This document shows, in pieces, positions 1-9,700 of a DNA stretch of 64,000 bases. How positions within the stretch are numbered: the stretch's first letter is position 1; the number at the start of each line of letters is the position of its first letter. Position numbers and translations under genes: made by a program. Source of the stretch: an uncultured virus (IMG/VR IMGVR_UViG_3300020381_000001). Taxonomy: Duplodnaviria; Heunggongvirae; Uroviricota; Caudoviricetes. Location of the stretch: IMG/VR virus record IMGVR_UViG_3300020381_000001. One strand, written 5' to 3'. The notes below the pieces were generated by a model, which worked only from the letters and a program-made list of their open reading frames with translations, did not search any database and had not been told where the DNA came from.

Positions 1-2
1 GA

Positions 3-446
3 GACGATGGAAGTGTTAGTATAGGTCGTGGAGTACCAAGTGGAACTGGAATTATAACTGATAAAAAATTAAGCATCACATCAACTGGTGAAGTAAACAT
101 TGGTGGTAATTATGATCAAACTACTTATAAAATGAGAGTGACTGGAACAGTCGCTGCCACTCATTTTGATTCACTTTCAGATTTAAAATTAAAGACAAAT
201 GTAAAACAAATTCAGAATCCAATTGAAACTGTGAAAAAAATAGATGGTGTAACATTTAATTGGAAAGAAGATAATGATCCATCTATGGGTGTCATAGCTC
301 AGAATGTAGAAGAAATATTACCAGAAATTGTAAGTGGAGATGATGTCAAATCTGTCAATTATAGTGGTCTAATTGGATTGCTAATTGAAACTGTCAAAGA
401 TCAACAAAAACAAATTGATGAATTAAGAGGTCTTATTGATAAATAA
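3..446 (+). CDS. C-terminal part of a tail fibre with peptidase S74 (intramolecular chaperone) domain; 5'-truncated by the window
   Basis: Frame is open from base 3 to the TAA at 446. It contains SDLKLKTNVKQI...GVTFNWK...MGVIAQNVEE...VNYSGLIGLLIE, the S74/ICA signature. Confidence 0.85.
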   Translation, partial: DDGSVSIGRGVPSGTGIITDKKLSITSTGEVNIGGNYDQTTYKMRVTGTVAATHFDSLSDLKLKTNVKQIQNPIETVKKIDGVTFNWKEDNDPSMGVIAQNVEEILPEIVSGDDVKSVNYSGLIGLLIETVKDQQKQIDELRGLIDK

Positions 447-480
447 AAGAAATTACCCAGTGGAAACACGAAGACGGTAG

Positions 481-3400
481 ATGGCAATTAAAATATCAGG
501 CACAACTATTGTTAATGATAGTCGAGTCGTAGAAAATGCAGATAAAATAGGTATTGGTCGGACTACCCCAAGGTATGATCTAGAGATTCTTAGTGATGCT
601 GTTCCTACTGGTATTGCAGTAAGTGTAACAAGTACCCAAGCTACTGAGACAAATAAAGGATTAACAATTTTTAATAATGGTCAGTCACCAACTTTCACGG
701 TTAGTTATAAAGGAAGAGTAGACGCAGAAGAATATTATGGAACATTTAAGGGAACGATTGATACTGGTGTTTCAATAGAGAATGCAAATAATGTTCAAAT
801 AACTGATGATACAACAGGTTCAGGTACACATTATATTCATTTTGGTAGTGCAACAAGTGGTTATGATGGTGTTGAGGTTGATAGCACAGATTTAGTTTAT
901 AAAGATAGAAAAGTTGGTATCGGAACTGATAATCCTACTACAGGAAAATTAGAAATAGCAGATTCTGCACAAACAAATTTACTCACACTTAAAAGAACCT
1001 CTGGTAACTCTGGAGAACTTAGTGTGCAACTTGGTGGTTCAGATCCTGGTGTTATGTTCACTACATCAGGATTAAGTGATGATTTCGTATTTAAACCTGG
1101 TGGTACTGAAAGACTTCGCATCGACTCAAATGGTAGATTACTAAAATCGGGTCAAGCAGCACTAACATCAACATCACTTTCGCATCCTATGCAAGTTGCT
1201 GCTGACAGTTCTGCACAGAATATTGTTTTGTTCGGTAGAGCATCAGATGATATTAGTGCAATAGATTTTTATGAAGCAGATAAGAGTACAAGGTTAGGAG
1301 AAATTCAATATCGTACAAATGAATTAAATATCAGACATCGCTCTGCAGGTGCTGATATAATTTTTGCAACTACCCCTAGTGGTGGTTCACTAGGTGAAAA
1401 AGTTCGCATCGACTCAAATGGTAAATTGGGAATCGGGATGAATTCCGACCAACAAACTGCTTTAAAAGGAAAACTTGATATAGATGCATCTGGAATAGAT
1501 GCTGCTGGTGATACTGATGACCCAAATGATTATGCAATTGTAATTCGTAACCCATCAACAACCAATCAAGGAAATGGTATTGCTTTTACAAATGACTCTG
1601 GTGCTAATGTTGGTGGTGCAATTATTCATATTGATAAAGGATCAAATAATATTGGTGATTTGGCATTCTATACATCTGCCACATCTAATACTCCAGTAGA
1701 AAGACTTCGCATCACTGCCGATGGTCATTTGAAACCTGGTGCCACTGATACTTATGATATAGGAATTGATGCAAGTAATAGATTTAGAACAGTTTATGCA
1801 CAAACATTTAATGGAGCTTTTCAAGGAACCGCAGATGTAGCAGCAAAAGTTGCAGTTGCTGATGAGTCAACAGACACATCATGTTTCCCACTGTTCGCCA
1901 CTGCTGCCACTGGAGACCTTGCAGCAAAGAGTGGTAGTAATCTTACATTTAACTCTAACACAGGTGCACTTGGAGCAACAAGTTTTGTTGGTGGTTTACC
2001 AATTACAGATGGTGCAAATAATCGAATTATCACAGCAACAAGTGCAAGTGCAATAAAAGGTGAAGCAAACTTAACTTTTGATGGTAGCTTGTTGAGTCTT
2101 AGTGGTGATATGCAATTTACTAACACAAATCCAGAGTTAGAATTTAATAATGGAGGTCCAAGATTTAGAGTTCCAGCAGCGAATACACTTGTTATTCATA
2201 ATGGTGGTGGTCTTGGTACAACTGATAATGAAGTACTTCGCATCGATGAGAATGGTAATATTGGAGTAAATGCCACTCCATCAACATCAACCACAGCTGG
2301 ATCATTATACTCTACTGTGGATCATTTCTTGGTTATCGGTGATAGTGATACTGGTATTGCACAAGATGGTGATGGTGAATTTGAAATATGGGCTAACAAT
2401 CAAGAAATAGTTAATTTCAGCACTGTTGGAGTTGATCCAAAGAAAAGTATTTTACCGAGTGGTTCAATTAACATAGGATCAAATACCACAAAGATAAGTC
2501 ATGGATACTTCACCAACATAACTGCAGACAATATCACTGCTGAACTTACTGGTTCAGCTTCCTTACTTGATTTAGCAGATGATACGACTGAAACAGATGG
2601 ATTCATACTTTTTTCAAATGCCAGTGGTGCTGATCAGTCAATTAAGACTAATGATTTTATCAGATATAATGCATCAATTGGATCATTAAATTTATCTAAG
2701 ACTAATGGTGGTATTAAGTTTGGACCAGGAACTGCTACTACTGATGATGCATATATTGAATGGTTGGGTGCTAATAATGCTGGATATCTAAGAATCGCAG
2801 TTTCTGATGATCAGGATGCTGTAGCAACTGCTGAGTATATCGAATTTGGTGATTATAATCTAACAGGTGGATTTAATGCTGCTAATCAAGGTTTCACTCA
2901 ACACGTAAAAATTCAAAGGTCTGAATTTTTAGTTCGCACAGGATCAAATACAATATCTCAGGCAGACAGATTAAAAATTGATAAAAATGGAAATATTGGT
3001 TTTAATTGTGATGCAGCTACAACTGGAACTATATTCACTGAAGTGGATCATTTCATAGCAATAGGTGATAGTGACACTGGTATTGCACAAGATGGTGATG
3101 GACAACTTGAAATATGGGCTAACAATCAAGAAATAGTTAATTTCAGTGCAACTCAAATTACTCCGACTAAGAGTATTGTTCCAAGTGTAACTGATTCATC
3201 ATTAAATTTAGGATCATCATCTAATAGATGGGGAACAATATATGCTGATACACTTGATGGTACTATTAGTGGTACAATATCAAATGCTACAAATGCAGCA
3301 AATATACTAGTAACACAAAGAGACACTAATGCAACACATTATTTGACATTTGTTGCCTCAGATCCAAGTGGAACTAATTTAGCTTTATATGGTGACGATG

Positions 3401-4755
3401 ATCTACAATTTAATCCAGAAAGCAACCGATTAAGTGCTGCACAAATGAAACCAGGAGGAATTGTAGATAGTAGTGATGGAACTGGAACAGCAAATTATTA
3501 TATTAAGGCTAATGGTTCAGGAGGATGGAGTTGGAGTCAGGTCAGTGGTAATACAGGATTAGATGTTAGTTTTCTTGATTTAACTGATACACCAGGTGGT
3601 TTTTCTGGTCAGGCAAATAAAGTTGTAAAAGTTAATTCGAGTAGTAATGCACTTATATTTGCAGATGATACTAATACAAATACAACTTATCAATTAAAAT
3701 GTACAAAAGATTCTGATGGTGGATCTACTGGAAATGACACTGATCCATACCTATTTTTAGATGCTTCTACAGGAACCGATGATTCAATTCAAATAGCAGG
3801 TAGTAGTGGAGTTTCAGTAACCAGAGATAATGATGGTAAACTCACTATAGGTGGATCAGGATCTAGTTATAATACAATTTATGCTTTATCAGTTCCCAGT
3901 TCCACTACTAAGATAAGGTTATCAGGGAGTGATGCTTCAGAAGATGATGTGGAGATTGTTGGTAGTGGAAGTGTTACTGTCACTAGAAATAATGCCACTA
4001 AACTCACTATAAATGGTGCTCCATCGGGTGTTACAGATGTGGCAGTGTCTTACACAGGAAGAACTTCACCTTGTACTTTACCGATAACAATTTCTGGATC
4101 AGCTACAAAAACTATCAACATTCCTGATAACAGTAATGCTTTTGGTGCAAAGTATGTTCAAAACACAGAACCAACTGGAACTTCAGTATGTGATGGTGAT
4201 GTGTGGTATGACACTACTACTAGTGGTAGCGGTGGTGGTGGAACTATACCTATCGGTGGTATTATAATGTGGTCAGGTGCTGATAACGCTGTACCATCAA
4301 ACTGGGCTCTCTGTAATGGAAGTAATGGTACACCTAACTTAGTTGACAGATTTATTGTTGGTCGTGGATCTGCATATGCACAAGGTGCAACAGGTGGATC
4401 TGCCAATGCTACATTAGTAGAGCACAGTCATACAATAAACAATCACACTCACACAATAGGTGGAAATACAGGTAATAGGGATTTATCTCATACTCACTCA
4501 TACAGTAGTGCAAATCATCCAACTAGTTCAGGTCCTGAGCAGAACCAAAGTGGTAGTCCTGAAGATAGAGTAACCTTTAACGTTGGTAAAACTACAGGTG
4601 GAGCAAGTATTGGTAGTAGTATGGATCACAATCATTCCCTACCTGCTAATACTGGTAATCCAAATGATAGAGGAACAAACTCTCAAGGTTCATCAGCAAC
4701 TAATGCTAATTTACCTCCATATTATGCAATCGCTTATATCATGCGAGTTAGTTGA
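481..4755 (+). CDS. Long modular tail fibre protein with C-terminal tail-collar-like domain
   Basis: 1424 aa rich in G/S/T/N. Has repeated (K/R)VGIGT and ERLRID.NG module ends, and a C-terminal IPIGGIIMWSG...WALCNG.NGTPNL.DRFIVG...NLPPYYA collar domain. Confidence 0.85.
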   Translation: MAIKISGTTIVNDSRVVENADKIGIGRTTPRYDLEILSDAVPTGIAVSVTSTQATETNKGLTIFNNGQSPTFTVSYKGRVDAEEYYGTFKGTIDTGVSIENANNVQITDDTTGSGTHYIHFGSATSGYDGVEVDSTDLVYKDRKVGIGTDNPTTGKLEIADSAQTNLLTLKRTSGNSGELSVQLGGSDPGVMFTTSGLSDDFVFKPGGTERLRIDSNGRLLKSGQAALTSTSLSHPMQVAADSSAQNIVLFGRASDDISAIDFYEADKSTRLGEIQYRTNELNIRHRSAGADIIFATTPSGGSLGEKVRIDSNGKLGIGMNSDQQTALKGKLDIDASGIDAAGDTDDPNDYAIVIRNPSTTNQGNGIAFTNDSGANVGGAIIHIDKGSNNIGDLAFYTSATSNTPVERLRITADGHLKPGATDTYDIGIDASNRFRTVYAQTFNGAFQGTADVAAKVAVADESTDTSCFPLFATAATGDLAAKSGSNLTFNSNTGALGATSFVGGLPITDGANNRIITATSASAIKGEANLTFDGSLLSLSGDMQFTNTNPELEFNNGGPRFRVPAANTLVIHNGGGLGTTDNEVLRIDENGNIGVNATPSTSTTAGSLYSTVDHFLVIGDSDTGIAQDGDGEFEIWANNQEIVNFSTVGVDPKKSILPSGSINIGSNTTKISHGYFTNITADNITAELTGSASLLDLADDTTETDGFILFSNASGADQSIKTNDFIRYNASIGSLNLSKTNGGIKFGPGTATTDDAYIEWLGANNAGYLRIAVSDDQDAVATAEYIEFGDYNLTGGFNAANQGFTQHVKIQRSEFLVRTGSNTISQADRLKIDKNGNIGFNCDAATTGTIFTEVDHFIAIGDSDTGIAQDGDGQLEIWANNQEIVNFSATQITPTKSIVPSVTDSSLNLGSSSNRWGTIYADTLDGTISGTISNATNAANILVTQRDTNATHYLTFVASDPSGTNLALYGDDDLQFNPESNRLSAAQMKPGGIVDSSDGTGTANYYIKANGSGGWSWSQVSGNTGLDVSFLDLTDTPGGFSGQANKVVKVNSSSNALIFADDTNTNTTYQLKCTKDSDGGSTGNDTDPYLFLDASTGTDDSIQIAGSSGVSVTRDNDGKLTIGGSGSSYNTIYALSVPSSTTKIRLSGSDASEDDVEIVGSGSVTVTRNNATKLTINGAPSGVTDVAVSYTGRTSPCTLPITISGSATKTINIPDNSNAFGAKYVQNTEPTGTSVCDGDVWYDTTTSGSGGGGTIPIGGIIMWSGADNAVPSNWALCNGSNGTPNLVDRFIVGRGSAYAQGATGGSANATLVEHSHTINNHTHTIGGNTGNRDLSHTHSYSSANHPTSSGPEQNQSGSPEDRVTFNVGKTTGGASIGSSMDHNHSLPANTGNPNDRGTNSQGSSATNANLPPYYAIAYIMRVS
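2317..3146 (+). repeat. Near-identical 104-bp direct repeat (2317-2420 and 3043-3146) inside the tail fibre gene
   Basis: Both copies encode VDHF..IGDSDTGIAQDGDG..EIWANNQEIVNFS with long exact DNA matches. Confidence 0.9.
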
Positions 4756-4784
4756 TAAATACACATACGGAGAACACTGTATAA

Positions 4785-5039
4785 ATGGCATCAGTAAATA
4801 AGAAATTTGGTATCGAGAAGGGTCTGGAGGTAGGAACAGACGCTTTAGTTGTTGACGCTGATAATAATAGAACTGGTGTTATCGCACAAGAGGTTGAAAA
4901 ACTTGAATTACCTGGTCTTACAACTACAAGAAAAGATAATGGCACAAAGGCAGTAAGATATGAAAGATTAATACCACTTTTAATTGAAGCAATCAAAGAA
5001 CTTAAAGGTGAAGTTGATGAACTTAAACGCACTAAATAA
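4785..5039 (+). CDS. Miniature (probably internally deleted) tail fibre: fibre N-terminus fused to the distal half of an S74 domain
   Basis: MASVNKKFGIEKGLEVG...DADNNR is followed directly by TGVIAQEVEKL...VRYERLIPLLIEAIKEL. Confidence 0.65.
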   Translation: MASVNKKFGIEKGLEVGTDALVVDADNNRTGVIAQEVEKLELPGLTTTRKDNGTKAVRYERLIPLLIEAIKELKGEVDELKRTK

Positions 5040-5057
5040 GCTTAGGAGGATTTTATC

Positions 5058-5690
5058 ATGCCAGTAAAAGTAAGGTCAGGTGGAGCATGGGTTCAAGTAG
5101 CAGGTGCTGCACCAACTGGTATACCATCTGGTTTTATAGGTTTGTGGTCTGGTGCTGCAAATGCAATTCCTTCAGGTTGGTATCTATGTAATGGATCAAA
5201 CAGTACTCCAGATCTAAGGGACAAATTTGTTATAGGTGCAGGTAATAGTTATGCTGTTGGTGCGGCTGGTGGTAGTAAAGATGCTGTAATTGTATCACAT
5301 AGTCATACAATTAATAATCACACTCATACTGTAAGTGGTAATACTGGAAATCAATCAGCAAATCACAGTCACACTTTCAGTGGTAGTGGTTCTAATACTC
5401 ATAGTCACTCGTATCAAACTGGATATGGTGGTGCTGACGCAGACTACGGTCCTAGAGTACCTATAAGAAGTAGTGATGAAGGTATTACTAACACATTATA
5501 TTCAACAAATAATGCAACCGTAAATATTTCTATTAGTGGTAATACTGGTAATTCTACTGGAAATCATAGTCACTCATGGAGTGGTACAACTGGTAATCCA
5601 AATAATAGAGGAACAAACTCTCAAGGTGTGTCTGGAACCGACAAAAACTTGCCTCCTTACTATGCTTTGTGCTATATTATGAAGAGTTAA
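5058..5690 (+). CDS. Short tail-collar domain / fibre-tip protein with HxH repeats
   Basis: GGAGG RBS. IPSGFIGLWSG...WYLCNG..TPDLRDKFVIGAG...NLPPYYALCYIMK. Paralogous to the C-terminus of 481..4755. Confidence 0.8.
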   Translation: MPVKVRSGGAWVQVAGAAPTGIPSGFIGLWSGAANAIPSGWYLCNGSNSTPDLRDKFVIGAGNSYAVGAAGGSKDAVIVSHSHTINNHTHTVSGNTGNQSANHSHTFSGSGSNTHSHSYQTGYGGADADYGPRVPIRSSDEGITNTLYSTNNATVNISISGNTGNSTGNHSHSWSGTTGNPNNRGTNSQGVSGTDKNLPPYYALCYIMKS

Positions 5691-5699
5691 CATTATTTT

Positions 5700-6299
5700 A
5701 TGAATACTGATGAGTTGATATATGTTACAGAAAATAAACTAGATAAAGATTTTTGTAAACATTGTATTGAAAAATTTAACAAAGATGATAATAAATATCA
5801 AGGAGTAGTGGAAAGTGGTGAGAATTTAGAAGTAAAACAATCAATGGATTTATCAATAAGTGATAATGATGATTGGAAAGAAGAAGATAATATATTTTAC
5901 AATTCATTTAAAGATACTTTGCAATCATATAAAGAATGGTTAAGTCACCCATTTCCTGATGATTGTCTTCGTGGACGTATAGAGGACACTGGTTATCAAA
6001 TTCAAGAAACAAAGCCTGGTGGATTTTACCACTGGCATCAGGACGGTATGGATAGTAGAGTATTAACAATAATTTGGTATTTAAATGATATTAATGAAGA
6101 TGGATATACGGAATTCTATACTGGTCTTAAAATTCAACCAGAAATGGGTAAGATATTAATGTTCCCTGCATTGTGGCCTTGGGTTCATAGAGGTTATCCT
6201 CCCAAATATGAAACTAAGTACATATGCACAGGTTGGGTTAGAAATATTTCCCCAACAGAATTGATAAATAGAAGAGAACAATCTGAAATAAATAACTAA
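5700..6299 (+). CDS. 2OG-Fe(II) oxygenase (prolyl-hydroxylase-like)
   Basis: WHQD...IIWYLND...GYTEF...FPALWPWVHRG...KYICTGW, giving an HxD...H triad. Confidence 0.85.
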   Translation: MNTDELIYVTENKLDKDFCKHCIEKFNKDDNKYQGVVESGENLEVKQSMDLSISDNDDWKEEDNIFYNSFKDTLQSYKEWLSHPFPDDCLRGRIEDTGYQIQETKPGGFYHWHQDGMDSRVLTIIWYLNDINEDGYTEFYTGLKIQPEMGKILMFPALWPWVHRGYPPKYETKYICTGWVRNISPTELINRREQSEINN

Positions 6300-6306
6300 A
6301 AATATT

Positions 6307-6489
6307 ATGGCTGAAAACGATATACAGGTATGGAAAAATGAAAATAGTATTGTCTATGGACAAATTTCTCCACCAAAATATACCACAGATGAACGAGTAG
6401 GACTTTCAACTGTAACAGGTTCAATAATATTCAATACTACAACGAGTAAAATGGAATATTACAATGGTTCAACATGGATAGTAAATTGA
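6307..6489 (+). CDS. Small protein resembling a stand-alone fibre C-terminal module
   Basis: PPKYTTDERVGL...GSIIFN...YNGSTW resembles the end of 12391..14406. Confidence 0.6.
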   Translation: MAENDIQVWKNENSIVYGQISPPKYTTDERVGLSTVTGSIIFNTTTSKMEYYNGSTWIVN

Positions 6490-6513
6490 CAAAAAACATA
6501 CATATGCTATAAT
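6486..6513 (+). promoter_or_regulatory. sigma70-type promoter
   Basis: TTGACA-16 nt-TATAAT with an extended TGn. Confidence 0.7.
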
Positions 6514-6532
6514 ATAACATTCGTAAATTAGT

Positions 6533-6646
6533 ATGGACGATTTTGTTTTAAATGTTGAGATAGACATTTGCTCTCGTTCTTTTGCACTCCTTAGTGAAAG
6601 TGGTGACAAAAGAATTTCTATATCAGGTAATATCTGTTGGAGATAA
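6533..6646 (+). CDS. Small ORF missing from the track (MDDFVLNVEIDICSRSFALLSESGDKRISISGNICWR), possibly truncated
   Basis: ATG lies 20 nt after a consensus promoter; 37 codons. Confidence 0.45.
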   Translation: MDDFVLNVEIDICSRSFALLSESGDKRISISGNICWR

Positions 6647-6717
6647 TACCTCCATAATGAGTAACTCAAATTTTAATACATAAATAGAACATAGAATCAT
6701 AGTAGAATTATTGTGTC

Positions 6718-9700
6718 ATGCCACTGAATAAGTTAGATAATTTCCTAAAAAACGTAGAAGGTCGTATTCTTTATGTAAGTCCAAGTGATTTAGATGCAAG
6801 TGATGCGATGTCAAATCAGGGTAACTCGCAGACGACACCCTTTAAAACCATACAAAGAGCACTGATAGAAGCAGCAAGATTTTCATATGTGCCAGGAAAT
6901 AATAATGATATAACCGAAAAAACAACTATATTGTTAATGCCTGGTGAACATATCATTGACAATAGACCTGGTTTTAAAGTAAAAAATATTGGTAATGAAG
7001 CAAAAATATTCTCACCTACCACCGCTGGTTATACTTCTGTTAATGCAGAAAATATAAACAAAATTTCATTAAATTTAGATTCAAATTTTGATTTAAATCA
7101 AGAAGATAATATACTGTACAAATTCAACAGTGTAAATGGTGGGGTTATTGTCCCTCGTGGTACATCAATAGTTGGATTAGATTTAAGAAAAACAAAGATA
7201 AGACCAAAATATGTTCCAAATCCAACCGACGATTCAGTTCCTTTTTCATCTATATTCAGAATTACTGGTGCTTGTTATTTTTGGCAGTTTTCATTGTTTG
7301 ATGGTAAATTATCAGAAAAAGTATATGTAAAAAATAATGAATTTAGTTCTGAAAATTTTGTAAAACCATCATTTTCTCATCATAAGTTAACTTGCTTTGA
7401 GTATGCTGATGGAGTTAATAATGATACTGATACAGGATTAACTGATTTAAATATGTACTATTATAAGCTATCAATAGCTTATGGTACTGCTACTGAAGAT
7501 AGAAATATTTCAGAAAAATTCCCCTTAAACACAGAGGGATTTGTCTCTAGAAGACCAGAGTTTGAAATTGTTGGTTCCTTTGCTCCAGATCCAATTAAAA
7601 TAACTAGTATTCAGTCTGGGGATGGAACAACTGCATCTCCAGTTGTTACCGTAACAACACAGGAAAGTCATGGTTTAGATGTTGGAACTCCAATCCGTAT
7701 TAAAGGAGTAAATGAATCTGATTATAATATATCAACAACAGTTACAACTGTGGATACATCTAATTCTAGAGTATTCACATATACGATAGCTGACTTTAAA
7801 TCTGATATTCAAACACCAGCATCAAATGTTACTGATGCAAAAATAATTGTTGAAACTGATACTGTGAATGGTGCATCACCATACATCTTTAACATATCAT
7901 TGAGATCTGTATTTGGTATGAATGGTATGCATGCCGATGGTGCTAATGCAACAGGATTTAGATCAATGGTTGTTGCACAATTTACTGGTGTTTCTCTACA
8001 GAAAGATGATCGTTCTTTTGTAAAATATAATCCCACAAGTGGAATCTATGAAGGTTTATCCACCACTACTACTTCTGGTGAAGCATTAGCTAATGAATCC
8101 TCGGCAAAGAATTCAAATCAAATATATCATTTAGATTCAAATGCAATTTACAGAAGTGGATGGGAAACTAGACACGTTAAAATATCAAATGATGCTATTT
8201 TACAAATTGTTTCTGTATTTGCGATTGGATATAATACACATTTTGAAGCAAGATCTGGTTCCGATGCGTCAATTACTAACTCTAACTCAAACTTTGGTCA
8301 GTTAGCTCTTGTATCAGATGGATTTAAGAAAAATGCATTCCAAAAAGATGATAGAGCATTTATAACACACATTATACCACCAAGAGCAATTACAACTGCA
8401 GAGGAAAATATTGATTGGGTTTCTATTGATCAGAGCAAGAATAGCGACACTAAAAAATTATATCTATTTGGATTTGAATCTGAAGATATCAAACCACCGT
8501 CTCTTACACAGGGATTTAGAATTGGTGCGAAGAGAGGTGATAAATTATTTGTAGATATTTCTGGTGTGATTAAAGAAGCAGAAATATTGATGAATAGTAA
8601 TAATGGAGATCCAACCACAAATAGTGTAAAAGAAATTATTGTGAGTTCCCATGACAATGGTCTATTTACATTTGGTGGTTCAGATCATCAACTATCAACA
8701 GGTGAAAAAGTTATTATTACAAGTGATGATGGAGATATACCTGAAAATATTGTAGAAAAAACTGTATATTTTGTAATTAGAGTAAGTGCAACTCAATTTA
8801 GATTAGCATCATCAAAAACAAACGCAGATAATGGTGATTTTGTAAAAGCTTACAGGGGAACAAATTTAAAAGTATTAAGTAGAGTTACCGATAAAGATAG
8901 TGGAGATGTTGGTCACCCAGTTCAATGGGATGGATCACAATGGTATGTGAATGTTAGATCTGGTAATACAATCGTAGGTTCTTTAACAGGATCAGTTGGA
9001 AGAACTGAACCATCTTTTGTTAAGAGAATATCTGATACTAGAAGTTTGGATGAAAGAATCTATAAACTTAGATTGGCAATCCCAAAAGAAATAGACAATG
9101 CCAAGAATCCTGAAAATGGATTTGTAATTCAAGAATCATCAAATACAGGTATTACATCAGTATCTGACTTCACGCAAAAGGGTGTTTTAACTAGAGAAGA
9201 TTTTTTACGTAATAGAAACCCAAGATTTATTAGTAGTTGTACCTTTAATAATGCTGTAAAGGTAGTTACAATAACAGCAGAGAGACCACATAATTTAACA
9301 GTTGGTGATTTAATTACAGTTAAAAATGTCACCGATACTTCTAATACAAGTGGTATTGGAAATAGTGGTTATAATAGAGAAGCTACTGTCACAAGTATTC
9401 CAAATAATTTAACTTTTGAATATTCGACAGGCAATGAAACAATTCAGAATTTCTCTACAAATAATTTTAATGATAAAACCAGTGATAGTTCAATAAATTA
9501 TCCTCGATTTGAGAGAACAGATTTAAAATCAAACATCTATATATTCAGAAATAATATTATTTCGGAGTATATTAATGATACACAAGATGGTGTATATCAA
9601 GTATTTGCGTTAAATTCAAGTAATTTTGTTCCTACAGAGTACACGGGATTAAATTACAGTCAAAATGTTGTTGATGTATATCCACAAATTGACAGAGATA

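Noticed and set aside
4240..5690. Diversity-generating retroelement TR/VR pair
   Set aside because: Differences between the paralogous tips are not adenine-specific, both copies are coding, and there is no reverse transcriptase in the window.
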